DNA from: an uncultured delta proteobacterium
Lineage (GTDB): Bacteria; Desulfobacterota; Desulfobacteria; Desulfobacterales; Desulfatirhabdiaceae
NCBI GenBank assembly: GCA_963789395.1
Contig: CAWBKP010000022.1
Span: 224,001-288,000, forward strand
DNA: 64,000 nucleotides
Reading direction: 5' to 3'
The notes beneath the pieces are model-generated. The model saw only the letters and a program-made list of their open reading frames with translations, had not been told where the DNA came from and did no database searches. The translations under genes and the position numbers were made by a program. Positions 43,084 through 56,047 of the stretch are shown here, one piece after another. The first letter of the stretch is position 1; each line of letters opens with the position of its first letter.

Positions 43084-43241
43084 AGGTTTAAAAGTGGGTG
43101 CAGGAGCCGGATTGCAGCAGGGAATTGTCTGACTTTTTTTTCATATCGTTACGAAATCCCCCGCTATGATGTCCCGTTTAATGGAAAACGACAAGGCCCG
43201 GGTTGATTATTGCCCGGAAACTGAAATGGATTGTTGAATCG

Positions 43242-43427
43242 ATGGAATTTTTTCTCTGCGTGCTGGGTATGGTCATGATCATCGAAGGGCTTCCGTATTT
43301 TGCATTTCCGGAGCAAATGAAATTCTGGGTATCCAAGATCCTGGAAATGCCGGATGCGTGGCTCAGGCGCTTTGGCCTGGTGTTGATGTTAACGGGCCTG
43401 TGTCTGGTGTATCTGGGAAAGCGGTAA
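43242..43427 (+). CDS. DUF2065-like small membrane protein
   Basis: LGMVMIIEGLPYFAFP...LRRFGL. Confidence 0.85.
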   Translation: MEFFLCVLGMVMIIEGLPYFAFPEQMKFWVSKILEMPDAWLRRFGLVLMLTGLCLVYLGKR

Positions 43428-43431
43428 TCCC

Positions 43432-44491
43432 ATGTACGAGATAGATGATTATGATTATGAACTTCCCGAAGACCGTATTGCCCAGAAACCCTGTCAGCAG
43501 AGAGACCGCTCCCGGCTCCTTCATCTGGACCGCCAGTCCGGAAATGTTTCCCATCGGGTATTCCGTGATTTGCCCGGCCTGGTGCGTGCCGGCGATGTGC
43601 TGGTGGTCAACAATACCAAGGTCATTCCCGGCAGAATCCTGGGCCGCAAAGATACCGGCGGCAAGGCAGAGGTCCTGATATTGACGTATGCGGCGGCGCA
43701 GGCGGATCGCAAAACAGCCGGCGAATTTACCTGTACCTGTCTGATCAAAAGTTCGAAAAAAACCAGGGCAGGTGCGATGATATTTTTCGATCACGGCCTC
43801 CGCGCCGAAGTGCTGAAAGCGGCAGGAGACTGTTACGAGGTCAGGTTTACCTGTGAAAACGATTTTGACGAGGTTTTGTATCAGGTGGGGAAAGTGCCGC
43901 TCCCGCCGTATATCCGGCGGGAATCCGGAGACGCGTCCTGTGAAGATCATACTGCTTATCAGACCATTTATGCCTCTGAAAAAGGGGCGATCGCCGCGCC
44001 GACAGCCGGGTTTCACTTTTCTGCCGAACTGATGACCCGGTTGCAGGATATGGGAATTGCGGTGGTGTATATTACCCTTCACGTGGGCTACGGCACATTT
44101 ATTCCGGTAAGGGTGTCGGATATCCGGGAGCACCGGATGCACAGCGAGACCTATGCAATTACCCGGAAAGCTGCTGAAGTCATCAATGATGCCAGGGACT
44201 GCGGCGGCCGCATTGTGGCTGTCGGCACCACCAGCGTTCGCACACTGGAATTTGCCGCATCGGAAACCGGAAGGGTCATGTCAGGTTCCGGTTCCTGTAA
44301 TCTCTTTATTTATCCCGGTTACCGGTTCAAGGTCGTGGATGCCATGATCACCAATTTTCACTTGCCCCGATCGACGCTACTGATGCTGGTGTCTGCTTTT
44401 GCAGGTCGAAACTGTATTCTGAATGCTTATCGGGAAGCCATTCAAGCAGGCTACCGGTTTTACAGCTATGGAGATGCCATGCTGATTGTTG

Positions 44492-44514
<23 letters not shown>
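43432..44514 (+). CDS. queA: SAM:tRNA ribosyltransferase-isomerase
   Basis: IAQ, PLPPYI, AAPTAGFHF, LHVGYGTF, VGTTSVR, TNFHLP, FYSYGDAM. Confidence 0.96.
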
Positions 44515-45853
<1,339 letters not shown>

Positions 45854-45871
45854 CAAACAAGGAAACCGATC

Positions 45872-47056
45872 ATGACCATTGCCAAGCATATTGAAGTCAC
45901 TTTGTTAAAATCCTCGTGGATTCGTAAAATGTTTGAAGAAGGCGCCCGGTTGAAGGGCATTCACGGTGCGGAAAATGTATATGATTTTAGTCTGGGGAAT
46001 CCCAACCTGGACCCGCCCGAGGAATTCAAGACCATCCTGAAAACCCTTGTGGAGCAGGAAACACCGGGATGCCACGGGTATATGCCCAATACCGGTTATC
46101 CGGAAGTCCGGAAATCCGTTGCGGCGTATCTGCATTCGGAGCAGCATGTACCGATTTCAGCGGCCGAGATTATCATGACCTGCGGTGCTGCGGGAGGGCT
46201 GAATGTCATTCTGAAAGCCATTATCGATCCCGGGGATGAGATTCTGACGCCGACGCCCCATTTTGTGGAATACGGGTTCTATGCCGCAAATCATGGCGGC
46301 GTCTTAAAAACAGCTCCGACGCATCCGGATTTTACCCTGAATATCGAAGCCCTTTCAGGCGCCATTACGCCCAAAACCAAGGCCGTTTTGATCAATTCCC
46401 CCAACAACCCGACCGGACAGATTTATTCGAAAGACAGCCTGATGGCGTTGGGGGACGTGCTGACCAAAAAGGGAAAGACATTTGGCAGAACCATCTACCT
46501 GATGGCGGATGAGCCGTATCGAAAAGTCATCTATGACGGGGCCGTGGTTCCCAGTGTTTTTGGCTGTTATCCCGAGAGCATCATGACCACTTCCTATTCC
46601 AAGGACATCTCGATTCCGGGAGAGCGGATCGGATTTATTGCCGTCAATCCGGCAGCGACTTACAAGGATCAACTTCTGGGCGCCATGGCGCTGACCAACC
46701 GGATCCTGGGCTTTGTCAACGCGCCGGCCCTCATGCAGCGCGTGATTGCAAGGATGCAGGGGTTAAGCGTGGATATTTCCGCATATGCCAGAAAACGCGA
46801 ACTCCTCTGCAACGGTCTTTCGGAAAGCGGGTATGATTTTGTAAAACCCCCGGGAACATTTTATCTTTTTCCGCGAACGCCCATTGCCGATGATGTCGAA
46901 TTTGTAAAAGCACTGCAACAGGAACTGATTCTTGTGGTTCCCGGAAGCGGTTTCGGCGGACCCGGGCATTTCAGAATTGCGTTCTGTGTATCAGATGACA
47001 CCATTATCAAATCATTGCCCGGCTTTAAGCGGGTCATGGATCATTTCAAGAAATAA
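45872..47056 (+). CDS. Class I/II PLP aminotransferase (aspartate aminotransferase-like)
   Basis: SSWIRKMFE, NSPNNPTG, DEPY, SYSKDISIPGERIG. Confidence 0.92.
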   Translation: MTIAKHIEVTLLKSSWIRKMFEEGARLKGIHGAENVYDFSLGNPNLDPPEEFKTILKTLVEQETPGCHGYMPNTGYPEVRKSVAAYLHSEQHVPISAAEIIMTCGAAGGLNVILKAIIDPGDEILTPTPHFVEYGFYAANHGGVLKTAPTHPDFTLNIEALSGAITPKTKAVLINSPNNPTGQIYSKDSLMALGDVLTKKGKTFGRTIYLMADEPYRKVIYDGAVVPSVFGCYPESIMTTSYSKDISIPGERIGFIAVNPAATYKDQLLGAMALTNRILGFVNAPALMQRVIARMQGLSVDISAYARKRELLCNGLSESGYDFVKPPGTFYLFPRTPIADDVEFVKALQQELILVVPGSGFGGPGHFRIAFCVSDDTIIKSLPGFKRVMDHFKK

Positions 47057-47068
47057 AGGCTGAAGACT

Positions 47069-47195
47069 GAGCCTCTTTCAAATGTACCGCTGTTCGTCAC
47101 CCCGGTGAAAACCGGGGCCCAGTAGCCTTTGCATTACTGGATACCGGCTTCGCCGGTATGACGGAAGAGGCATGGAGGGGTTTTGCAAGAGGCTC
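47069..47195. mobile_element. MITE of 127 bp with 14-bp terminal inverted repeats, GACT target duplication and internal REP-like hairpins
   Basis: GACT|GAGCCTCTTTCAAA...TTTGCAAGAGGCTC|GACT; core CGTCACCCCGGTGAAAACCGGGG...CTGGATACCGGCTTCGCCGGTATGACG. Confidence 0.75.
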
Positions 47196-47470
47196 GACTG
47201 ACGGAGAAAGGGTATTATTAATCCATCTGCAGCTTTCAGCCTTCGGCCTTTAGTCGTAACCCTCATTTTTCTTCTTGACAGAATAAATCCATTCATATAT
47301 CAAAATAGTAACGATGTTTCGTTTTTAATAAAATATAATTTAAATTATTGCTTGTATTGTCATGTATATCAATAAGTTATAAAATATAATTCAACAGAAC
47401 ATTATTTTTTATTGTTGAGTTTGGCGAGTTCTGTTAGCAATATAAAACATTTATTTATCATTATATCAAT

Positions 47471-48103
47471 TTGTTGAATGGAATGATTTTGGCAAACGGC
47501 GACAAGAGTGCTTTAAACGGTAACAAGGTTTTTAAGCCTGAAATTCAGAAACGGCTTGAAGCAGCGGTTCTGGAGATTTTTTCCGAGTCGGATTTTCATC
47601 AGGCCAATATCCGCACGGTTGCAAAAAAAGCAGGGGTGAGTTTCAGCACCATTTACGGCTATTACGGCAGCAAGGAAGGGCTTGTGTTCGCTGTTGTGGA
47701 TGTGTGGCTGGGGAAGCTGACGGATCGGATTATCGACCATCTTCAGGGCATTGAAGATTTAAAGGAAAAACTCAGAAAGGTTTTCTGGCTTCAGCTTGAT
47801 TATTATGAAAGAAATCAAGGCCTGGCTAAAATACTGTTTATGACCCTTCCCATGAAAACATGGATGGTGGATAAAACATTTGAACAAAAGAAAATGATGA
47901 ATCTGTTTCTTGAAGTTTTAAGCCAGGGACAGCAGGAAGGGATTTTAAACCCCAATGTTCGCGCCGGCGTACTGCTGGATTTTATGATGGGCTTTGTGCA
48001 GCGGACTTTTTTTATGTGGGTGTCGCGTGGCCAGAAAGAAAGTATGATTGCCCAGGCCAATCAGTTGTTTGAAATGGTCTGGCGGGCAATTACCGCACCT
48101 TGA
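47471..48103 (+). CDS. TetR-family regulator (start uncertain)
   Basis: IRTVAKKAGVSFSTIYGYYGSKE. Confidence 0.9.
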   Translation: MLNGMILANGDKSALNGNKVFKPEIQKRLEAAVLEIFSESDFHQANIRTVAKKAGVSFSTIYGYYGSKEGLVFAVVDVWLGKLTDRIIDHLQGIEDLKEKLRKVFWLQLDYYERNQGLAKILFMTLPMKTWMVDKTFEQKKMMNLFLEVLSQGQQEGILNPNVRAGVLLDFMMGFVQRTFFMWVSRGQKESMIAQANQLFEMVWRAITAP

Positions 48104-48233
48104 TACGGATTTTGCCCGCATTTTTTTATACTTGATTCGATCTCAACGATTTTCAGGTTTTTATGAACTGATAAGGTGTCGGATGTCTTTTGCATACATA
48201 ACCAGGAACCTTTGAACTGCCAGGGAGTAATTT

Positions 48234-48641
48234 ATGAAAATTCTTAAAATCGACCATCTCGGAATAGCTGTCAGCAGCATTGATGAACGAAAAAATTTCT
48301 GGACTGACGTACTGGGCCTTTCATTTGCCGGTTCTGAAACGGTTCAGGAACAGAAAGTGACCACTGCGTTTTTTCCGGTGGGAGAAAGTGAAGTTGAACT
48401 TCTGGAATCCACTTCTCCGGACGGTCCCATTGCCAAATATCTGGAAAAACGGGGAGAGGGCATTCAGCACGTCGCCTTCCGTGTTGAAAATATTGAAGCT
48501 GCGCTGGAAGAATTGAAAGCAAAGGGCATCAAGCTCATTGACGAAAAGCCCAGAATCGGCGCAGGCGGAGCAAAAATCGCGTTTCTTCACCCCAAGGCCA
48601 CCAGCGGCATTCTGGTCGAACTGTGCCAGAGAGACCATTAA
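48234..48641 (+). CDS. mce: Methylmalonyl-CoA epimerase
   Basis: [26 protein letters not shown]. Confidence 0.95.
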   Translation: MKILKIDHLGIAVSSIDERKNFWTDVLGLSFAGSETVQEQKVTTAFFPVGESEVELLESTSPDGPIAKYLEKRGEGIQHVAFRVENIEAALEELKAKGIKLIDEKPRIGAGGAKIAFLHPKATSGILVELCQRDH

Positions 48642-48679
48642 GCAATGCGTGGCTGAACGGAAACACTGTTATTATATAT

Positions 48680-48808
48680 AAATACGAAATCCGAAGATTG
48701 AAATTCAAAACAATGACAACAACTCAAAGATCATACCGATACTTTCTGGCGTTTTGACATTAGAATTTTAAATTTGTTTCGGATTTCGGATTTTGATATT
48801 CGAATTTT
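48680..48808. repeat. Heptamer-based imperfect inverted repeat
   Basis: AAATACGAAATCCGAAG... versus ...TTTCGGATTTCGGATTTTGATATTCGAATTT. Confidence 0.55.
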
Positions 48809-48829
48809 ATTTTTTATAAGGAGCTCACC

Positions 48830-50966
48830 ATGCCGGACCATCCGCAAAAACAAAAATGGACAGAACTTGCAACAAAGCTGCTCAAAGGCAAATCGCCCGA
48901 TACCCTGGACTGGATGACCCCAGAGGGGATTCGGGTCAAACCGCTTTACACGGCCGAAGATCTTGAAGGAATGGAGCACGTCAATACCCTTCCGGGTCTT
49001 GCCCCGTTTGTCCGGGGTCCCATGGCCACCATGTATGCCGGAAGGCCCTGGACCATCCGCCAGTATGCCGGATTTTCAACAGCCAGGGAATCCAATGAAT
49101 TTTACCGGAAAAATCTGGCGGCCGGCCAAAAAGGCCTTTCCGTTGCATTTGATCTGGCGACCCACAGGGGATACGACTCGGATCACCCCAGGGTTGTCGG
49201 CGATATCGGAAAAGCCGGGGTTGCCGTGGATTCCATCGAAGACATGAAGATTCTCTTTGATCAGATCCCCCTGGATGAGATGTCCGTATCCATGACCATG
49301 AATGGCGCGGTTCTGCCGATTCTGGCCGGGTATATCGTGGCTGCCGAAGAGCAGGGCGTTCCCCAGGAAAAACTGACCGGCACCATCCAGAACGATATTT
49401 TAAAAGAGTATCTGACCCGTAACACTTACATCTATCCGCCGACGCCTTCCATGCGGATCGTATCGGATATTATCGGATACTGCTCCAAACACATGCCCAA
49501 GTACAATACCGTCAGCATCAGTGGATATCACATGATGGAAGCCGGCGCAAACTCGGTGCTTCAGACCGCCTTTACCCTGGCCGACGGGCTGGAATATGTC
49601 AAGGCGGCCCTTGCAACGGGGATGGATATTGACACATTTGCCCCGAGACTGTCATTTTTCTTCGGGATCGGCATGAATTTTTTCATGGATATCGCCATGC
49701 TGCGGGCCGCCAGGTTTCTGTGGCATGAGCTGATCAAGCCGTTCAACCCCAAAAATGTACAGTCCCTCATGCTGAGAACCCATTGCCAGACTTCGGGGTG
49801 GAGCCTGACCCAGCAGGATCCTTACAACAACATTATCCGCACCACCCTGGAGTGCATGTCCGCGGCCCTTGGCGGAACCCAGTCCCTTCATACCAACTCC
49901 TTTGACGAGGCAGTCGGGCTTCCCACCAATTTTTCCGCCCGGATCGCCCGGAACACCCAGATCATTGTCCAGGAAGAATCCCAGGTCTGCCATGTCGTGG
50001 ATCCGCTGGGAGGCTCCTATTATGTGGAAGCCCTGACCGACGGCATTATCTGTGAAGCCCGCAAGATCATCTCTGAAATTCAGTCACTGGGCGGCATGGC
50101 CAAGGCCATTGAAACCGGAATGCCCAAGCTGCGCATTGAAGAATCGGCCGCCAGAAAGCAGGCCCGGATCGATCAGGGCCTGGATGTGATCGTCGGCGTG
50201 AACAAATATAAAATCGAGGAAAAACCCCTTGAAGATGTCCGGGAAGTCACGGATGCCGTGCGCGTCGAACAGGTGGAACGTCTCAAGGAACTGAAAGCCA
50301 AACGAAATGCGGAAGCGGTTCAAAAAGCCCTGGATCACATCACGCGCTGTGCGGAAGGTGACGGCAATCTTCTGGATGCCTCCATAGCGGCGATTCGGGC
50401 CAGAGCAACCGTCGGAGAGATATCGGATGCCATGGAAAAAGTTTTCGGCCGGTTTGTCGCAACCACTCAGTGTATATCCGGTGTTTATGCTTCTGAGTAT
50501 GAGAAATAACACCGGCGTGATTGATGCCCTTCGAAAACGCTGCCAGGATTTTGCAGACAAGGAAGGCAGAAGGCCGAGAATCCTGCTGACCAAAATGGGT
50601 CAGGACGGCCATGACCGCGGGGTCAAGGTGGTGGCGACGGCGTATGCGGATCTGGGATTCGATGTGGATATCAGCCCCATGTTCCAGACGCCTGAAGAAA
50701 CCGCAAAAATGGCCCTTGAAAACGACGTGCATCTGGTGGGCGTCTCCAGTCTGGCTGCCGGACACAAGACCCTGGTTCCCCAGCTCATTGACGCGTTGAA
50801 GGCAGGCGGCGGAGAGGATATCAAGGTCGTGGTCGGCGGGGTCATCCCGCCGGGAGACTATGAGTATCTGTTTGCGGCGGGTGCGGTCGGCGTGTTCGGT
50901 CCGGGGACCTCCATCACGGATTCGGCCAATCAGACGCTGAATGTTCTGGAGAAAAAGAACGGATGA
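48830..50966 (+). CDS. scpA: Methylmalonyl-CoA mutase (B12), fused; frameshift near 50500
   Basis: [36 protein letters not shown]12 motif in 3' ORF. Confidence 0.95.
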
Positions 50967-51943
50967 CAGTTGACATCGACGCCAGCGTCAGCGGCCTTCT
51001 GGATGGGAACCGCCGGATGCTGGCCAAAACCATCACCTTGATCGAAAGCTCTCTTTCCGGTCATCAGGCGTCAGCCCAGGCCATTCTGGACCGGCTCCTG
51101 CCCCATACAGGAAAGGCGGTTCGCCTGGGGATCACGGGCGTTCCGGGTGTCGGGAAAAGTTCTTTTATTGAAAGCCTGGGAATGATGCTGGTTGAAAAAG
51201 GGCATCGCGTGGCGGTTCTGGCCGTGGATCCCAGCAGCACCCGAAGCGGTGGAAGCATTCTGGCCGATAAAACCCGGATGGAGCGGCTTTGTGCGGACAA
51301 CCGGGCGTTTATCCGGCCATCGCCATCCGGCGGAACCCTGGGCGGGGTGGCCCGAAAAACCCGGGAAACCATGCTGGTTTGCGAGGCAGCCGGATTTGAT
51401 GTGATTATTGTTGAAACCGTCGGAGTCGGCCAGTCTGAAACCACCGTATCTTCAATGGTGGATTTTTTTCTGGTCCTGATGCTGGCCGGGGCCGGCGATG
51501 AACTTCAGGGAATTAAAAAAGGGGTTCTGGAACTGGCCGACGCCATCGCCATCAACAAGACTGACGGGGATAACATTGAAAAAGCCAGAAAGGCGAAAAA
51601 AGACTATGAAACAGCGCTTCAGCTTTTGAGGCCTGCCTCGCCCAACTGGTCGCCGCCGGTGCTGACCTGCAGCGCCCTGGAACTCACCGGAATCGATGAG
51701 ATCTGGGCCGTTGTCCTGAAACACCGGGATGTCATGACAGCAAGCTGCGAACTGGATCAGAACCGCAGGACTCAGGCCCTGGCCTGGATGTGGTCTCTGG
51801 TGGAAGAGGGCCTGAAAGACCGCTTTAAACATCACCCGGAAGTTCAGCTCCGCCTGCCCCAACTGTCGCGGCAGGTGGAAAACGGGATGGTGTCGCCGAC
51901 GGCAGCGGCCTGCCAATTGCTTTTTTTGCTTGACAAATCCTGA
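50963..51943 (+). CDS. meaB: Mutase-associated GTPase
   Basis: [30 protein letters not shown]. Confidence 0.95.
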   Translation: MTVDIDASVSGLLDGNRRMLAKTITLIESSLSGHQASAQAILDRLLPHTGKAVRLGITGVPGVGKSSFIESLGMMLVEKGHRVAVLAVDPSSTRSGGSILADKTRMERLCADNRAFIRPSPSGGTLGGVARKTRETMLVCEAAGFDVIIVETVGVGQSETTVSSMVDFFLVLMLAGAGDELQGIKKGVLELADAIAINKTDGDNIEKARKAKKDYETALQLLRPASPNWSPPVLTCSALELTGIDEIWAVVLKHRDVMTASCELDQNRRTQALAWMWSLVEEGLKDRFKHHPEVQLRLPQLSRQVENGMVSPTAAACQLLFLLDKS

Positions 51944-52035
51944 GGTGAATGGCTACTTCATAGCTACAAGATCACCTTGCGGATAGTGTACTTTTTGCGA
52001 AGCCAGTCAAATATGAGATAAGAAAGGATAGAAAA

Positions 52036-53589
52036 ATGGGTATTGTGGACGATAAAATCAAGGATCTGAAGGAACGGGAAAAAAAGATCCTGAAAATGGG
52101 CGGTGAAAAAGCCATCGCCAAAGAGCGTGAAAAAGGCAAACTGACCGCACGGGAGCGGCTGGATCTGCTCTTTGATGCCGGTACGTTCCGGGAAATCGAC
52201 ATGTTTGTGTCGCACCGGTGCACCAATTTCGGCATGGAAAAGATCGACATTCCCAGTGACGGCGTGGTGACGGGTCACGGAATGGTGGAAGGCCGCCCGG
52301 TGTTTGCATTTTCCCAGGATTTCACCGCACGCGGCGGAAGCCTCGGGGAAATGCACGCCAAAAAAATCTGCAAGGTCATGGATCTGGCCATGAAAGCCGG
52401 TGTACCCTTTGTCGGTATCAATGATTCGGGCGGAGCCAGAATTCAGGAAGGCGTGGATGCGCTTTCGGGATTCGGTCAGATATTTTACCGCAACGCCCTG
52501 GCCTCCGGCGTCATTCCCCAGATTTCGGCCATTATGGGGACGACCGCGGGCGGCGCCGTGTATTCTCCGGCCATGACCGACTGGATTTTCATGGTAAAAA
52601 ACTCCAGCTACATGTTCATTACCGGCCCGGAAGTCATCAAATCCGTTACCGGAGAGGAAATCAGCTTCGAGGACCTGGGCGGCGCCATGGCCCATAATGA
52701 AAAAAGCGGCGTTTCCCACTTTGCCTGTGAAAGCGATCAGGACGCCATTGACAAAATAAAGACCCTGCTCTCTTATCTGCCTGCCAACAACATGGAAGAT
52801 CCGCCCCTCGTCAATACGGGCGATGATCCCCGTCGCGTGGATCCGGCCCTGGATGCCATCATCCCCGACAGCCCCAACCAGTCTTACGATATGAAGGCGG
52901 TGATTGCATCCATTGTGGACAACGGCGTCTTTTTTGAACCCCATGAATTTTTTGCGCCCAATATTCTGATCGGATTTGCCCGGCTGAACGGCAGAAGCCT
53001 GGGCATCATCGCCAATCAGCCCAATGTCATGGCTGGCTGCCTCGATATCAATGCCTCGGACAAGGCCACCCGGTTTATCCGCTTCTGCGATGCCTTTAAT
53101 ATTCCCATCTTGACCATTGCCGATGTTCCCGGATATCTGCCCGGAAGTCATCAGGAATGGGGCGGAATTATCCGCCACGGCGCAAAGCTGCTCTGGTGCT
53201 ATTCGGAAGCCACCGTGCCCAAGCTGCTTCTGGTGACCCGCAAGGACTACGGCGGATCGTATCTGGCCATGTGCTCCAAGGATCTGGGGGCGGATATGGC
53301 ATTTGCATGGCCGACCGCTCAGATTGCAGTCATGGGCGCAGCAGGCGCCGCCAATATCATCCATCGGAAGGAAATCACCACGGCAGCAGATCCGAAAGCC
53401 AAGCGCCAGGAAAAAATTGAGGAATATGACGATCTGTTTTCCAATCCCTACTGCGCGGCAGCCAGAGGCTATATCGATGCGGTGATTGTTCCCAGCGAAA
53501 CCCGGCCAAGGCTGATTGACGCGCTTGAAGTCATGTGCAGCAAGCGGGAAACCCGGCCGCCGAAAAAACACGGCAACATACCGGTATAA
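52036..53589 (+). CDS. Methylmalonyl/propionyl-CoA carboxyltransferase (12S/PccB/MmdA-type)
   Basis: LTARERL, DSGGARIQEG, GGAVYSPAMTD, PKKHGNIP. Confidence 0.93.
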   Translation: MGIVDDKIKDLKEREKKILKMGGEKAIAKEREKGKLTARERLDLLFDAGTFREIDMFVSHRCTNFGMEKIDIPSDGVVTGHGMVEGRPVFAFSQDFTARGGSLGEMHAKKICKVMDLAMKAGVPFVGINDSGGARIQEGVDALSGFGQIFYRNALASGVIPQISAIMGTTAGGAVYSPAMTDWIFMVKNSSYMFITGPEVIKSVTGEEISFEDLGGAMAHNEKSGVSHFACESDQDAIDKIKTLLSYLPANNMEDPPLVNTGDDPRRVDPALDAIIPDSPNQSYDMKAVIASIVDNGVFFEPHEFFAPNILIGFARLNGRSLGIIANQPNVMAGCLDINASDKATRFIRFCDAFNIPILTIADVPGYLPGSHQEWGGIIRHGAKLLWCYSEATVPKLLLVTRKDYGGSYLAMCSKDLGADMAFAWPTAQIAVMGAAGAANIIHRKEITTAADPKAKRQEKIEEYDDLFSNPYCAAARGYIDAVIVPSETRPRLIDALEVMCSKRETRPPKKHGNIPV

Positions 53590-53595
53590 GGGGGG

Positions 53596-53848
53596 ATGAT
53601 GAAACCAGATACCAAACAGTCCAAACAGATGGCAGCGGCCATTTCAGCGGTTTTTGGATATATCCGCTCTCAGGAAGAGGCAGCCGGGCTGGCGATGTCC
53701 CAGGCAGAAACGGATGCGGAATCCGTTGCTGTACCGACCTGCGCTGTCTGCACCGGTTAAATTGTGGGGCATCAGCGGCAGACAGGATATGATGAGTATG
53801 CGGAACCTGATGCAGCTGCGGACGTTTCAGGGATCAAAGTTGCGCTGA
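53596..53848 (+). CDS. Small accessory protein of the carboxyltransferase complex; frameshift near 53735
   Basis: MMKPDTK...AAAISAVFGYI / LWGISGRQDMM, like carboxylase epsilon/delta segments. Confidence 0.6.
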
Positions 53849-53902
53849 ATAATTCCAAACTGACTTTAATAAAAATATATTGATGATGAGGAGACCTTTA
53901 CC

Positions 53903-55891
53903 ATGAGTGACCATGATCAAGTAAAACTGACTGACATGAATTACGGCAAGGACAGACCCAAAGCCAAGAATCCGGTAAAAATAATGGATCTGACATTGCG
54001 GGATGGCCACCAGTCGCTGTTTGCAACGCGCGGCAGAACTGAGGACATGATTCCCGTGGCGGAGATGATGGACGAAGTCGGCTTCTGGGCGCTGGAGACC
54101 TGGGGCGGCGCGACATTTGATACCATGCACCGGTTTTTGAATGAAGATCCCTGGGAGCGCCTCCGGACGCTGAAGCGCTATATCAAGAAAACCCCGTTTT
54201 CCATGCTGCTCAGAGCCCAGAATCTGGTCGGATACCGTAATTATGCCGACGATGTTGCCCGCCCGTTTGTGGAAAGAGCTGCTGCAAACGGCATGGATGT
54301 TTTCCGGACATTTGACGCGCTGAATGATTACCGGAATTTTGAAACCGTTGTTCCGGTCATCAAATCCTGCGGCAAGCATTTCCAGGGCTGCATCTGTTAT
54401 ACCATGACCGAACCCCGGCTCGGCGGCGAAGTCTATAACCTGGACTATTACGTCAACAAGGGAAAGGCCCTTGAGGCCATGGGCGCGGACAGCATCTGCC
54501 TGAAAGATATGGCAGGCCTCATTGCGCCGTATGACGCATACGCGATTATCAAGGCCCTTAAAAAAGCCGTGAAAATCCCGATCAACCTTCACAGCCATTT
54601 CACATCCGGCATGTCGTCCATGTCGCATTTAAAGGCCATTGAAGCCGGCGTGGATATCATTGACACCTGCATGTCGCCGTATGCCTACCGGACATCCCAC
54701 CCGGCCATCGAACCGCTGGTCATGACGCTTCTGGGCACCAACCGGGATACGGGATTTGACATCAAGGCCCTTGCCGCCATCAATGAAATTCTTGAAAAGG
54801 AAATCTGTCCCAAATACCGTCATCTTCTGGATGACACCAAGCTGTCGATCATCGACATCAACGTGCTTCTCCACCAGACCCCGGGCGGCATGCTCTCCAA
54901 TCTGGTGAATCAGCTCCGGGAAATGGATGCATTGGACAAGATCGATCAGGTCTATGCCGAGCTTCCCAGGGTCCGAAAAGATCTGGGCCAGATTCCGCTG
55001 GTAACGCCCACCAGCCAGATCGTTGGGATCCAGACCGTGAACAACGTGCTCTTTGATGATGAGAATGAGCGCTATAAGATGATCACCGGCCAGGTCAAGG
55101 ATCTTTGCTACGGGCTGTACGGAAAAACCGCGGTGCCCATCAATCCGGAAGTTCAGAAAAAAGCGCTGAAAGGATACGCCAGAGGCGAAAAACCCATTAC
55201 CTGCAGGCCGGCTGAGGTGATCGAGCCGGAACTGAAAAAAGCCCAGGATGAGGTCAAGGGGCTGGCCATGGATCTGGACGACGAATTGATTTACGCCCTG
55301 TATCCGGTAACGGGCAAACGGTTCCTCCAGTGGAAATACGGAAAGGAACCAGTTCCCGATGATGTCAAGCCCATCACGCTTGAGCAGGCCAAGGCCAAAC
55401 AGGAGTTGATCCAGAAAGCGATCGCAGGAAAACTGGTAGAAAAAATCGAAAAAGAAGCGCCTGCCAAAGGCGATGCGTTGCGAAAATTCAACGTGTTTGT
55501 GGACGACACGTATTTTGAGGTCGGGGTTGAAGAAATCGGCGGAGCCCCGGTCGTCAGCTACATCCAGCCTGCCAAACCGGTTGCACCCGCAGCGCCGGCC
55601 CCGGTTGCCGCGCCTGCTCCTGCCAAGCCCGCTGCGGCCCCTGCCGCACCGGCTGCGCCTGCAGCAGCGCCCGTGGATGGTACGCCTATCAATGCGCCCA
55701 TGCCGGGAATGATCGTCAGGTTTGATAAAAATGTCGGCGATGTGGTCAGCAAAGGGGAAACCGTGGTGATCCTGGAAGCCATGAAAATGGAAAACGCCCT
55801 TGCAGCGCCCGTGGATGGCACCATCAAAGCCATTAATTTCAAAAGCAGCGATTCCGTTCCCAAGGGCGCGGTGCTGTGTGTAATCGGGTAG
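53903..55891 (+). CDS. Pyruvate/oxaloacetate carboxyltransferase fused to biotin carrier (5S+1.3S, PycB/OadA-like)
   Basis: LRDGHQSL, WGGATFD, KDMAG, HQTPGGM, VTPTSQ; Ala/Pro linker; EAMKM. Confidence 0.93.
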   Translation: MSDHDQVKLTDMNYGKDRPKAKNPVKIMDLTLRDGHQSLFATRGRTEDMIPVAEMMDEVGFWALETWGGATFDTMHRFLNEDPWERLRTLKRYIKKTPFSMLLRAQNLVGYRNYADDVARPFVERAAANGMDVFRTFDALNDYRNFETVVPVIKSCGKHFQGCICYTMTEPRLGGEVYNLDYYVNKGKALEAMGADSICLKDMAGLIAPYDAYAIIKALKKAVKIPINLHSHFTSGMSSMSHLKAIEAGVDIIDTCMSPYAYRTSHPAIEPLVMTLLGTNRDTGFDIKALAAINEILEKEICPKYRHLLDDTKLSIIDINVLLHQTPGGMLSNLVNQLREMDALDKIDQVYAELPRVRKDLGQIPLVTPTSQIVGIQTVNNVLFDDENERYKMITGQVKDLCYGLYGKTAVPINPEVQKKALKGYARGEKPITCRPAEVIEPELKKAQDEVKGLAMDLDDELIYALYPVTGKRFLQWKYGKEPVPDDVKPITLEQAKAKQELIQKAIAGKLVEKIEKEAPAKGDALRKFNVFVDDTYFEVGVEEIGGAPVVSYIQPAKPVAPAAPAPVAAPAPAKPAAAPAAPAAPAAAPVDGTPINAPMPGMIVRFDKNVGDVVSKGETVVILEAMKMENALAAPVDGTIKAINFKSSDSVPKGAVLCVIG

Positions 55892-56047
55892 ATATGTGAC
55901 AGGCGAGGGGCTATAGGCGATAGGTCATGGGATGCAGGGGTATTATCCCTTCACCCATGGCCTATTTACCTGCCTCCAACCATTTATCGTTACAACCAGG
56001 TGCTGGGTTTTATTCCGGCCCTGTTTTTATAAGAGGAGGCAGAGCTG

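Noticed and set aside
51964..53571. 535-aa antisense ORF (and similar long ones at 28938-30302 and 31821-32804)
   Set aside because: Shadow frames of conserved sense genes; no motifs of their own
55570..55672. Low-complexity GC-rich repeats
   Set aside because: Ordinary Ala/Pro linker before a biotinyl domain
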